64,000 nt of DNA from Verrucomicrobiota bacterium (GTDB taxonomy: Bacteria > Verrucomicrobiota > Verrucomicrobiia > Limisphaerales > JAHDYP01). A program made the position numbers and the translations under genes. Below the pieces are notes generated by a model. The model was not told the origin of the DNA, did not search any database, and saw nothing but the letters and a program-made list of their open reading frames with translations. The stretch covers positions 11,341 to 75,340 of the forward strand of contig JAHDYP010000008.1 of NCBI GenBank assembly GCA_023383055.1. The letters run 5' to 3'. Shown here in pieces: positions 19,801 to 28,199 of this stretch. Each line of letters opens with the position of its first letter. The first letter of the stretch is position 1.

Positions 19801-22800
19801 CTCAGCCGCAACATCGTGCCGCGCAACAACGGGCTGCGCGTAAGATCAAATGGCCGTTGCGCTTCCTCGGCTATAAGCCGCTGCGCCTCGGTGTCACGTT
19901 CGGTTTCCGGCAATCCGCCCAAGTCACGGGTCTGCACTGCAAACGACGACAGTGGCAACGTGAGCGCAACCGGTTGCCCGCAGGCGGACTTGAAAGTCGT
20001 GCGAAGCGGCTCGTGTCGGCGGATCAATTCTCGCAGCGCAGATTCCAGCGCGGGGGCGTTGAGTGTGCCGCTGACGCGAAAGGCGAGCGGGATGTTGTTG
20101 AACGCGATGCCTGGCTCCAACTGTTCAAGAAACCAGAGCCGCTCCTGGGCGAATGACAACGGCCCGGCGCCGTTACGCTCGCGACGGGTGATTTGAGCGC
20201 GCGTGCCCTCAGCCGCAAAGGCAGCGCCATCGAGCATGCCGTGGCCGCACGAGTTGTTCGCTTCGATTCTTTCCGCCCATCCGGCAATCGTCGGGCAATC
20301 GAATAGATCCTGCAGCGGAAAATCCCGGGCGAACTCGTCGCGCGCGCGTGACACCACGCGCGCGGCGAGCAGCGAATGGCCGCCCAACTCGAAAAAGTCC
20401 GCGTGGACGCTCACCCGTGTCAAGTCGAGCACTTCTTGCCAGATGCCGGCGAGCCTGGCCTCAACGGACGTGCGCGGGGCGGTAAATTCCCTTTCCAGTT
20501 CCGGCGGTGGATCCGGCAGCGCCTGACGGTCCATTTTCCCGTTCGCCGTGAGCGGCAGCACATCGAGGCAGACGAAATCGGCCGGCAGCATGTAGTCGGG
20601 CAGGCGCTGCTTCAGAAATGCGCGCAGGATGTTGGCTTTCAGTTCTTCGCCGGATCGCGAAACAACCCAGGCGACGAGTCGCGCTCCACGCGCGCCCGCG
20701 CGGGCGGCGACCACCGCCTCGCGCACGGACGGATGCCCGCTCAACACGGACTCGATCTCACCCAACTCAACCCGATTGCCGCGGATCTTGACCTGATGAT
20801 CCATGCGGCCAATGAAATCCAAATTGCCGTCCGGCAACCAGCGAACCAGATCGCCGGTCTTGTAGAGGCGCGGGCTGGCGTCCGCCGCGAACGGGTTGGC
20901 GATGAATCGCTGCGCGGTAAGTTCGGGTTGGTTGCGGTAACCGCGCGCCAGACCGTCGCCGCTGATGTGCAATTCGCCCGCTACGCCGATGGGAACGTGC
21001 TGGAGTTGGCGGTCGAGGACGTGAACCCGGTTGTTGGTGATGGGCCGGCCGATGGCGGGGGCGGCCACAACCCGGGCGGTCGGAGGAATTTCCATCCAGG
21101 TCGTTACCACCGTGTTCTCGGTCGGCCCGTAGTGGTTGAACAAGGGGCACGGCAGACTCTCCGTCGGAGGACGACGCAACTGGTCGCCACCGGTGAGCAA
21201 GGCTCGCAGCGTGCACTGTTCCGGCCAGGGTCCCGCGAGCAGTGCCTCGGCAACCGGTGTCGGAATGAACGTCAGTGTAATCTGGTTGGCGGCAAGCCAG
21301 GCAATCAGTTTTGCCGGCAGGCGCACGGTTTCGTGGTCGGGAATGTAAATGCACGCGCCCGCGGTCAGATACGGCCACAACTCCCAGACCGAAGCATCGA
21401 ATGCCGGATTCGCCAATTGCGTGGCGCGGTCGGCGCACGTCACGCTGTAGGTGCGCTGATGCCATTGGATGAGATTGACCAGGCTGGCGTGTTCGATCTC
21501 GACACCCTTGGGCGTGCCGGTTGAGCCGGAAGTGTAGATGACGTAGGCAAGGTTGCTCAATTGCGGACTGCGGGTTGCGGATTGCGGAGGTGATGCGTGA
21601 TGCGTGAGGCGTGAGGCGTGAGGCGTGAGGCGTGAGGCGTGAGCAGAAGCGTCGACGCACAACACGCTGAGATTGGGAATGTCGAATGTGAACTCTGCTT
21701 GCAGCGATTCCTGGGTAACCAGAACTTGCGCCAAGGAATCTTCGATCATGAGGGCGAGGCGCTCTTTCGGATGCGCCGGGTCCAACGGCACGAACGCGCC
21801 GCCAGCTTTCAGCACTGCCAGGAGAACCACGACCATTTCCACGGAGCGCTCCAGGCAAACGGCCACGCAGATTTCCGGGCCCACGCCCAGTGTTTGGAGG
21901 CGTTGCGCAAGCCGATCGGCCCGTTCATCGAGTTCGCGGTAGGTCAGCCGCTGCTGATTATCGGCGACCGCCAGTGCGTCCGGCGTCCGCGCGGCCTGTT
22001 CCGCAAAGAGTTGATGCACACATTTGTTCTTCGAATCAGCGACGGCGGTGTCGTTCCACGTCTCGAGCCATTGCCGCTCGGCTCCCGTCAACAGCGGCAA
22101 TTCGCCGAGCCTTTGAAAAGGATTTGCCGCCATGCCTTCGAGCAAAGTCTGCAAATGGCCCAGCATCCGCGTGATGCTTCCGTCGTCAAAGCGGCTGCGG
22201 TGATAGAGAATTGTCAGCACCAGCGCGTCGCCACCCGAAGCGTCCAAGGCGAGCGGACAATTCGTGTGTTGGCGAATGCTGAACTCGCGACGCGCCCCCG
22301 GGTTGCCTGGCGGCAGGTCAGCGGTCCACGGTTGGTCCTGGAAATTGACCAGGCTCGCGAACGGCGGCGTGTCGCCCGGCAAGTCGCTCCAACCCTGGAT
22401 GCTCGCAAGCGGCGTGTGCTCGAAGGGTCGCAGTGCCGTCCAGGTCTGGCGCAACTCCACCAGCCACGGCAGCAATGGCAATTCCGGATTCACACGGACG
22501 CGAACCGGCAGCGTGTTGATGAAAAGCCCGGCGATGGACTCCGCGTCTTCGACGGTGGAGCGGCGACACGCGCGCACAGCGCCGAAGACCACGTCCTCTT
22601 CGCCACTGTAACGGCTCAACAGCAAGGCCCACGCGCCTTGCACCACGGTGTTCAGCGTGAACTTGTTTTCCGTGGCGAGCGAGTTGAGCGCGTTTGTCAC
22701 GGCCCCGGACAAGCGCGTTTCCTGTTCCCTGGTTTCACCGGCTTCCTCGCGCGCAACGTGCGCAACGACCAGCGGCGTCGGCGCCGCGAATCCTTTCATC

Positions 22801-23405
22801 GTTTGGCGCCAAAAGGTTTCGGCTTCGCCCGGCTGCTGCCGCCGCAGGCACTCGATGTGGTCGCGGTATGGCCGGGGTTGCGGCAACTCGAGGTCCTCGC
22901 CGCGCTGGAAGGCTTCGTAGAAGGCGAAGACCTCTTTCAAGACGATGACGATGCCGCGCATATCGAGCAACAGATGGTGAAAGGTCCAGACCAGTTGATG
23001 CTGTGTGTCGCCGAGGCGGAAGAGCGCAACGCGCATGAGCGGTGCCGCCGCAAGGTCAAAGCCACGGAGGCGATCCGAGCGCAGCCACGCCTCGAAGGCG
23101 AGACGCCGTTCGGACGATGGAACATCGCGCCAGTCTTTGCAGTGGACTTGGAGGCTCACGCCTTGGCGCACCTCCTGGTCCGGCTTCACGGAGCCGTTCC
23201 AGCGGAAGCTGGTTCGCAGGACGGCGTGGCGTTCGGCGACGCGTTGCCAGGCACGTTCAAGTCCCGTCGGATTCACGGCTTCGTGCCAGAGGCAGAGTAC
23301 CTGCTGGATGTCCACTCCCGGTTGCCGCGCGGACAGGCTGGAATACAGCATGCCGTGTTGCATGGGCGAAAGCGGATAGGCGTCGTTAATCGGCTCGTGT
23401 TTCAT
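16887..23405 (-). CDS. bimodular NRPS, C-A-T-C-A-T
   Basis: Domain motifs and coordinates:
- C1: PLSPMQHGML and HHLLLDMRG (22953-22979)
- A1 core: LAYVIYTSGSTGTPKGV (21501-21551)
- T1: LGGHSLLA (~20350-20395)
- C2: HHLACDGWS (19742-19769)
- A2 core: 18288-18338
- T2: LGGHSLLV (17085-17125)
Start trimmed to ATG 23405 (MKHEPINDAYPLSPMQ). Confidence 0.95.
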   Translation of the reverse strand: MKHEPINDAYPLSPMQHGMLYSSLSARQPGVDIQQVLCLWHEAVNPTGLERAWQRVAERHAVLRTSFRWNGSVKPDQEVRQGVSLQVHCKDWRDVPSSERRLAFEAWLRSDRLRGFDLAAAPLMRVALFRLGDTQHQLVWTFHHLLLDMRGIVIVLKEVFAFYEAFQRGEDLELPQPRPYRDHIECLRRQQPGEAETFWRQTMKGFAAPTPLVVAHVAREEAGETREQETRLSGAVTNALNSLATENKFTLNTVVQGAWALLLSRYSGEEDVVFGAVRACRRSTVEDAESIAGLFINTLPVRVRVNPELPLLPWLVELRQTWTALRPFEHTPLASIQGWSDLPGDTPPFASLVNFQDQPWTADLPPGNPGARREFSIRQHTNCPLALDASGGDALVLTILYHRSRFDDGSITRMLGHLQTLLEGMAANPFQRLGELPLLTGAERQWLETWNDTAVADSKNKCVHQLFAEQAARTPDALAVADNQQRLTYRELDERADRLAQRLQTLGVGPEICVAVCLERSVEMVVVLLAVLKAGGAFVPLDPAHPKERLALMIEDSLAQVLVTQESLQAEFTFDIPNLSVLCVDASAHASRLTPHASRLTHHASPPQSATRSPQLSNLAYVIYTSGSTGTPKGVEIEHASLVNLIQWHQRTYSVTCADRATQLANPAFDASVWELWPYLTAGACIYIPDHETVRLPAKLIAWLAANQITLTFIPTPVAEALLAGPWPEQCTLRALLTGGDQLRRPPTESLPCPLFNHYGPTENTVVTTWMEIPPTARVVAAPAIGRPITNNRVHVLDRQLQHVPIGVAGELHISGDGLARGYRNQPELTAQRFIANPFAADASPRLYKTGDLVRWLPDGNLDFIGRMDHQVKIRGNRVELGEIESVLSGHPSVREAVVAARAGARGARLVAWVVSRSGEELKANILRAFLKQRLPDYMLPADFVCLDVLPLTANGKMDRQALPDPPPELEREFTAPRTSVEARLAGIWQEVLDLTRVSVHADFFELGGHSLLAARVVSRARDEFARDFPLQDLFDCPTIAGWAERIEANNSCGHGMLDGAAFAAEGTRAQITRRERNGAGPLSFAQERLWFLEQLEPGIAFNNIPLAFRVSGTLNAPALESALRELIRRHEPLRTTFKSACGQPVALTLPLSSFAVQTRDLGGLPETERDTEAQRLIAEEAQRPFDLTRSPLLRGTMLRLSPTEHLLVLVTHHLACDGWSLDVFHRELAALYEAFALGRPSSLAALPIAYGDFAAWQRDALRGGDFERQLAYWREQLKGAAPSLDLRTDRRRPPVQTYRGATIHFALPAPLSAELAQLSRQANVTPFMLLLATFQTLLHRYSGQADILVGSPIAGRARVETEDLIGFFLNTLVLRGDLSGDPTFNELLQRTRQTALDAYAHQDVPFEKIAEAVQPNRDLSRPPLFQVMFVLQNEPLRPLALAGLKVSALPAHSGTAKFDLTLSLEESPGGLNGFIEYNTDLFDAAPIRRMIGHFRTLLEGAVAHPDKRLSQLPLLTDVERHQLLIEWNDTRAEFPKEKCVHELIEEQVERTPDAVAVVFEEEQLTYRQLNDCANQLAAQLRELGVGPNVRVGLCVERSLEMMVGLIGILKAGGAYLPLDAAYPHERLAFMLHDSLAPLMLTQKSMQANLRFDIPGLQVLDLESPQPARPAMQHASLPGSEGAAPGSEHLAYVIYTSGSTGTPKGVMVTHRNAVNFFAGMDRVLGTETGVWLAVSSISFDISVLELFWTLARGFKIIIQADERRASSARPLAGGVISRGHPLSVPENILRHSVTHLQCTPSLAGALARVPESLAAMRRLRRLLLGGEVLPVTLAGQLRRSLPGDLFNLYGPTETTVYSTAHRVAEMGSTIPIGRPMVNTEIYILDNTLAPVPAGVPGELFIGGEGVASGYLNRRELTEEQFIRHPFSANPKARLYRTGDRVRYREDGTLEFLERLDYQVKIRGHRIELGEIESALRKHSDVRECLVHVWESAPGDKRLAAYIVPARNPHTPADGLRRFLSRTLPEYMIPSAFVPLDSLPLTLNGKVDRKSLPEPGALRPELAAAFVAPRTELERTIANIWRELLRIEQVGLRDNFFDLGGHSLLVVQAQARLRDALGRDLPVVKLFQYPTISGLIECLTDREKSFSGQNRARGESKQAAFARRARREVEVTA
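21590..21638. repeat. 7 tandem copies of a heptanucleotide (gtgaKgc) inside NRPS A domain 1
   Basis: Plus strand reads gtgatgc gtgatgc gtgaggc gtgaggc gtgaggc gtgaggc gtgagca. It is translated on the minus strand as HASRLTPHASRLTHHASPP, just upstream of the LAYVIYTSGSTG core motif. Confidence 0.9.
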
Positions 23406-23463
23406 CGACTCTTTCGGTCTATTCGCATAACAATTTATTCGCTTGGAGGGCGTCGTGTTAGTG

Positions 23464-23499
23464 GGTAAAGACCCCAGAGCGGGTGGAGGTAACGACCTA
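23464..23499 (+). promoter_or_regulatory. phased direct-repeat element (GGTAAAGACCCC-N12-GGTAACGACCTA) in the divergent NRPS / S8-protease spacer
   Basis: Read directly from the DNA. Member of the GGTGAARACCCC family listed in the findings. The second half-site is degenerate. Confidence 0.4.
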
Positions 23500-23637
23500 A
23501 GCGCATAACGTTCCCGAAGCGGCAGGGAGGACACCAAGCCGGTGTCAATGCCCGCCGCTGTGCCCGAGGTTGTTTTCCCCGGCTTTTGAGGGTTTCACCC
23601 CGTTGTTGGCTTCGCCTGGTGATGTGTAATGTAGCAA

Positions 23638-25209
23638 ATGCATCCGAAAACGGACGCCCGACTGAATGGGTTGCGGGCGGTTGCTTTGACCTTGCTCGTG
23701 CTCCTCGGAAATGGGGCGCGGCAGTCCACTTCGGCACAAGCCACCACTCATTCTGCGTCGTGGGTTGCGCCGCACGGTGAGCGTTTTATGGTGAAACCGA
23801 AGCCGGCTGCGGATTTGTCCGCATTGCACGAATCACTCGGCGTTCGAGTCATGGAAAGATATCCGGCCATCGGCGGTCTCCAGATCGCTCTTGCACCCGC
23901 TGGCGTTGAGATGGATGCGATGATCCGTCGGTATCAAGCGAGCGGGCTGGTGAGCTACGCGGAACGGGATCAAATGGTTCACGCGCTGGTCGAGCCGGAT
24001 GATGTTCGCTTCCACAATGGCGATCTCTGGCACATTAAGAACATCGGCCAGTACGGCGGCGTAACGGGCGCAGACATCAGCGCGCCTGAAGCCTGGGACA
24101 CGATCGCCCGCGCGAGCAATGTCATCGTGGCGGTCATTGACAGCGGAGTGCGGGCCACACACGAGGACCTCGCGCCGAATTTGTGGCGCAACCCGGGCGA
24201 AATTCCCGGGAACGGCCTGGATGATGACGGCAACGGTTACGTGGACGACGTGCATGGCATCAACACCGTGGCGAACAACGGCCATCCGAATGACGAGTGG
24301 GGCCATGGCACGCACGTGGCCGGCATCCTGGGCGCGGTCGGCAGTAATGGCGTCGGCGTGGCCGGTGTCTGCTGGCGCGTGCAGATCATGGTCTGCAAAT
24401 TCTTTGATTCGGCGGCCCAGGGCCCGATTTCCGACGCGATCAAGTGCATCGATTACGCGCGCAGCAAGGGCGCGCACGTGATCAATGCCAGTTGGGGCAG
24501 CAATTCGTTTCACTCGCTGGCCTTGCGTGACGCCATCACCAGCGCACGCGAGGCGGACATTTTGTTTGTGGTGGCCGCCGGCAACTCGGCTGCCAACAAC
24601 GAGATCGATCCGATGTATCCGGCCAGTTACGACCTCGACAACATCATCTCCGTGGCGGCGACGACGCGCTCCGATACCCTGGCGGCTTTCTCCAACTACG
24701 GCGCGACCACGGTTGATCTGGGCGCGCCCGGCGATCCGGTTTATTCGTGTTGGAACAGCGCGGACAACGCCTACCAGAATCTCAGCGGCACTTCGATGGC
24801 CGCGCCCATCGTGGCGGGCGCGTGCGCTTTGGCGCGGGCGCGTTATCCGCAGGAGAATTCCCAGCAGATCAAACAGCGGATACTCAATGCCGCGGATTCG
24901 TTGCCCGGTCTCGCCGGCAAGTGCGTGACGGGAGGGCGGCTGAACCTGCAGAAACTGGTTAACGGTCCGCCTGCTCCCGCCAGACTCGTTATCCGAAGCA
25001 TCGGTCTGGTCCCGGCCGGGATTGCCATTTCCTGGTCCAGCGAGCCGGGCCGCGATTATGAGGTGCGTGCCAGGACTGTGAACGTTGACAACTGGCAAAA
25101 CCTCAGCGGAACCATCACGGCTACAAACGCATTAACTTCGTGGACCGACAACGGATACGCGGGTTTCGCGCAGCGCTTTTACACGGTGAAACTCGTGAAC
25201 TCGCCGTGA
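23638..25209 (+). CDS. secreted subtilisin-like serine protease (S8) with I9-like propeptide and C-terminal RFY domain
   Basis: Catalytic-triad motifs AVIDSGV (Asp), HGTHVAGI (His) and SGTSMAAP (Ser). N-terminal hydrophobic signal-like segment LRAVALTLLVLLG. C-terminal ~70 aa ends in QRFYTVKLVNSP. Confidence 0.9.
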   Translation: MHPKTDARLNGLRAVALTLLVLLGNGARQSTSAQATTHSASWVAPHGERFMVKPKPAADLSALHESLGVRVMERYPAIGGLQIALAPAGVEMDAMIRRYQASGLVSYAERDQMVHALVEPDDVRFHNGDLWHIKNIGQYGGVTGADISAPEAWDTIARASNVIVAVIDSGVRATHEDLAPNLWRNPGEIPGNGLDDDGNGYVDDVHGINTVANNGHPNDEWGHGTHVAGILGAVGSNGVGVAGVCWRVQIMVCKFFDSAAQGPISDAIKCIDYARSKGAHVINASWGSNSFHSLALRDAITSAREADILFVVAAGNSAANNEIDPMYPASYDLDNIISVAATTRSDTLAAFSNYGATTVDLGAPGDPVYSCWNSADNAYQNLSGTSMAAPIVAGACALARARYPQENSQQIKQRILNAADSLPGLAGKCVTGGRLNLQKLVNGPPAPARLVIRSIGLVPAGIAISWSSEPGRDYEVRARTVNVDNWQNLSGTITATNALTSWTDNGYAGFAQRFYTVKLVNSP

Positions 25210-25266
25210 GACCTTCCGCAGCCAGGTTGATCCTTGGGCGCAGATTCGAAGTGTCCACCGTGGGTG

Positions 25267-25300
25267 GGTGAAAACCCCACCCAGTAATGGTAAAGACCCC
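25267..25300 (+). promoter_or_regulatory. phased direct-repeat element GGTGAAAACCCC-N10-GGTAAAGACCCC upstream of the WecG-STAS operon
   Basis: Half-sites at 25267-25278 and 25289-25300, 22 nt start to start. A third related site, gtaggtgtacca, lies at 25311-25322. The operon ATG is at 25389. Confidence 0.5.
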
Positions 25301-25388
25301 AGCCACATGAGTAGGTGTACCAATGGGAGCCGGCAGGTAAGGTAGACTCCCCATTTCGCCGTCGCGCAACCCGGCCTTAACTAGGGGC

Positions 25389-26918
25389 ATGTATGCAGAG
25401 GAACTCACCGACGCTTCATCGGTGCGCCTGACCGCTCCGGCCCGCGACGCACCGGAACTGAGTCATCGCGTGCAGCGTTCGCACTCACCGCGCCAGCCCA
25501 TTGCACTGTTGGGCGTCGCGTTTGACAATCTGACACTGCGCGAGACCGTGAACCGCATTGAGGAGATGATTGCCTCCCCGCGTTCGCATTACGTGGTCAC
25601 CGCGAACATGGATTTCCTCGCGGTGGCGCGGCGCGATCCGGAATTCCAGCGCATCCTGCTCAACGCACATCTGGTGTTGTGCGACGGCACACCGTTGGTC
25701 TGGGCCTCGCGACTGTTTGGAAATCCCCTGCCGGAGCGGGTTGCGGGCGCGGACGTCGTGCCGGAGTTGATCCGGGTGGCGGCGGAGAAACATTACCGGC
25801 TGTTCTTCCTCGGAGCGACTGAGGAATCCAACACTCAGGCCATTGCCCGGCTGCGGGCGCGGTTCCCCGATTTGGACATCAGCCATTATTCGCCGCCGTT
25901 CCGGCCTTTGCCGGAACTGGACAACGCAGACATCATCCGCCGGGTTCGCGCGGCCAAACCGGATTTGTTGTTCGTGGCGTTTGGATGTCCCAAGGCGGAA
26001 AAGTGGATGGCCAGGCATTATGCTGAACTCGGCGTGCCCGTGGCCATTGGCATCGGTGCGACCATTGATTTTCTCGCGGGCCGCGTAAAGCGCGCGCCGC
26101 TCTGGATGCAGCGTGGCGGCGTGGAGTGGATCTACCGGCTCTGCCAGGAACCACGGCGATTGTTCAAACGCTACGCCACCGATCTTTGGTTTTTCGGCCG
26201 GACGATGGCTCGTCAATGCCGGACGATGAAACTGCGATCCGGCGGGGGACAACCCCAGACCCGGACTGCGGTCATCCAGTCCAACGGCACGTGGCAGAGG
26301 GTGCAAGCCGCGAACTGCTTGCACAGGGATTGCATCGAACGTGACACGGCTCAGTGGAAACGGATTGCGGGCGCGGATCGGCATTGTCTGCTGGAGTTGG
26401 CGGAGGTGAAGTCAATGGACAGCACCGGCGTGGCCGTCCTGGTTCATTTGCAGAAACAACTGCACCTTTCCGGTCGTCAATTGATCCTGCTGTCACCCTC
26501 GGCCGCGGTACGGCGTGCATTAAAGGCGATGCGGTTGGAGAACTTCTTCGAAGTCGCGACCGATGCTCTCGAAGCGCGGGCGGTGCTCGAAACCCGGTTG
26601 CACGAGCGGGACGCATCCACAGGGGATGACTCAGGCAGCTTGCTGGTGTGGTTGGGCGAAATCCCCGCGATCAATGCCGAACAAATCTGGCAATGCACCC
26701 AAGCCGCGATTCATCGCCACCATGCAACGGCTGAATCCTGGACGCTTGACCTCGCGGCGGTGCGCTTCATGGACAGCGACGGCGTCAAGTTGTTGCTGCG
26801 CGCCGTGGAAATCGCGCGCGCCCACGGCATTTGCCTGCGTTTCAGCCATCCGTCCCTGCGGGTGCGAAACGTGTTGCGCGGCTCCAACCACGAATACCTT
26901 CTGGATCATTCCGCATGA
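25389..26918 (+). CDS. WecG/TagA/CpsF-family glycosyltransferase fused to two C-terminal STAS domains
   Basis: N-terminal half matches the WecG/TagA pattern (VAFDNLTLRETV, HYVVTANMDFL, LVLCDGTPLVWASRL, LPERVAGADV). C-terminal half holds two STAS-like units with LAEVKSMDSTGVAVLV (Ser codon 26421-26423) and LAAVRFMDSDGVKLLL (Ser codon 26775-26777). Confidence 0.8.
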   Translation: MYAEELTDASSVRLTAPARDAPELSHRVQRSHSPRQPIALLGVAFDNLTLRETVNRIEEMIASPRSHYVVTANMDFLAVARRDPEFQRILLNAHLVLCDGTPLVWASRLFGNPLPERVAGADVVPELIRVAAEKHYRLFFLGATEESNTQAIARLRARFPDLDISHYSPPFRPLPELDNADIIRRVRAAKPDLLFVAFGCPKAEKWMARHYAELGVPVAIGIGATIDFLAGRVKRAPLWMQRGGVEWIYRLCQEPRRLFKRYATDLWFFGRTMARQCRTMKLRSGGGQPQTRTAVIQSNGTWQRVQAANCLHRDCIERDTAQWKRIAGADRHCLLELAEVKSMDSTGVAVLVHLQKQLHLSGRQLILLSPSAAVRRALKAMRLENFFEVATDALEARAVLETRLHERDASTGDDSGSLLVWLGEIPAINAEQIWQCTQAAIHRHHATAESWTLDLAAVRFMDSDGVKLLLRAVEIARAHGICLRFSHPSLRVRNVLRGSNHEYLLDHSA

Positions 26919-28102
26919 AAGTCGGCCTCTCCACTTCGGTGATTCAACAGGGCCAAAGCGGCGTGGCGCAGTACGTTTTCGCGCTGGTGGCGGCACTTTT
27001 GCGTCATCCCGCCCGCCCTGATCTGACGCTCTTTGTGCTGGAGGACGATGTGCCGCTGTTTCACTTCGCCCGAAATGACGCGAGAATCGTTCCCGTCTCC
27101 GAACGGATTCGTTCGCCGGTGAAGAACATTCTGTGGCATCAAACCGTGCTGCCGTTGCTCGCGCGCGATCATCGGCTCGACGTCCTGCATGTGCCCAGCT
27201 ATCGGCGGATGCTATGGCCGCGGCCGTGCCCGCTGGTTACGACGATTCATGATCTCGCTCCCTTTCATGTCGCGGGGAAATACGATTGGAAGCGGATGTT
27301 CTATGGCCGGATCGTGGCCCGATCGCTCGCACGTCGTCAGGACCGGATCATCGCCGTCAGCCAGAACACCGGCACAGACATTCAAAGATTCTTCAAAGTG
27401 CCGGCGGAGACAATCTCGGTGATTCACAATGGCCTCGATCATACCCGATTCGCTCCGGACGCAACCGAAGCTGCGAAGCAATTCGTCGCACAGCGTTTCG
27501 ATCTGCGCGAGCCCTTCTTTCTCTACGTCGCGCGACTCGAACATCCTGGCAAGAATCACGTGCGCCTGATCGAGGCCTTCAACCGCTTCAAGGCGCAGAC
27601 CCGATCGGAATGGCAACTTGTATTTGGCGGCAGCAACTGGCACGGCGCGCCAGCGATTCACGCAGCCATCAGGCAATGGCCGTTCCGCCGTGACATCCGG
27701 TGCCTGGGTTTTGTCGAAAGCGACGCGCTGCCCCTGCTATATCGCGCGGCGACGGTGTTCGTTTACCCCTCGCTGTTTGAAGGTTTTGGGTTTCCGCCGC
27801 TGGAAGCGATGGCCTGCGGGTGTCCAGTGCTGTGTTCGACTCGCGGAGCATTGGGCGAGGTCGTCGGCGATGCGGCCGCGACGGTAAATCCTGATGATGT
27901 CGCGGATTTGACCACGCAGCTTGCCGCGCTCGCGGGCGATCCGGCATTGCGCGCCAGGCTGCGCGCGGCTGGCCTGGCCCGGGCCCAACGCTTCGATTGG
28001 CAGCGGAGCGCATCCAGGACGCTGGAGGTGTATGCGTCTGTGCTCGAAGCCGTAACCGCCCCGGGGAACGTGATCGCCGCGCGGCAGGCGGTTGAACATT
28101 GA
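26915..28102 (+). CDS. GT4-family glycosyltransferase
   Basis: E-x7-E region SLFEGFGFPPLEAMACGCPVLCS. Start set to ATG 26915 (MKVGLSTSV), which overlaps the upstream stop as ATGA. Confidence 0.8.
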   Translation: MKVGLSTSVIQQGQSGVAQYVFALVAALLRHPARPDLTLFVLEDDVPLFHFARNDARIVPVSERIRSPVKNILWHQTVLPLLARDHRLDVLHVPSYRRMLWPRPCPLVTTIHDLAPFHVAGKYDWKRMFYGRIVARSLARRQDRIIAVSQNTGTDIQRFFKVPAETISVIHNGLDHTRFAPDATEAAKQFVAQRFDLREPFFLYVARLEHPGKNHVRLIEAFNRFKAQTRSEWQLVFGGSNWHGAPAIHAAIRQWPFRRDIRCLGFVESDALPLLYRAATVFVYPSLFEGFGFPPLEAMACGCPVLCSTRGALGEVVGDAAATVNPDDVADLTTQLAALAGDPALRARLRAAGLARAQRFDWQRSASRTLEVYASVLEAVTAPGNVIAARQAVEH

Positions 28103-28199
28103 GAATGGCCAAGGACACAATAGCTCGGGGCTTTTGCGCCTTCCGTGGTGATGATCTGGCGGGAAACAATAAACCGATGACTTTCCAACCTGGACGCCA

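Noticed and set aside
21590-21638. Short tandem repeat considered as a CRISPR-like or minisatellite array
   Set aside because: The units are 7 nt with no spacers, and the repeat lies inside a coding A domain. It is reported as a simple heptamer repeat instead.
21639-23468. 609-aa plus-strand ORF. Many other 100-530-aa plus-strand ORFs between 5 and 23 kb (for example 11308..12900, 20376..21524, 18507..19271) fall in the same class.
   Set aside because: All are antisense to, or out of frame with, the two megasynthase genes, whose domain motifs are unambiguous. Their translations are Arg/Gly/Pro-rich without motifs.
23833-25098. 421-aa minus-strand ORF
   Set aside because: It is antisense to the S8 protease, which has a complete Asp/His/Ser motif set.
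25263-25285. 8-bp hairpin tgggtggg-tgaaaac-cccaccca overlapping the first repeat half-site downstream of the S8 gene
   Set aside because: The equivalent positions at the other repeat-element copies (31528, 46767, 59042) cannot form the same stem. It is therefore probably incidental rather than part of the conserved element. No U-tract is present to call it a terminator.
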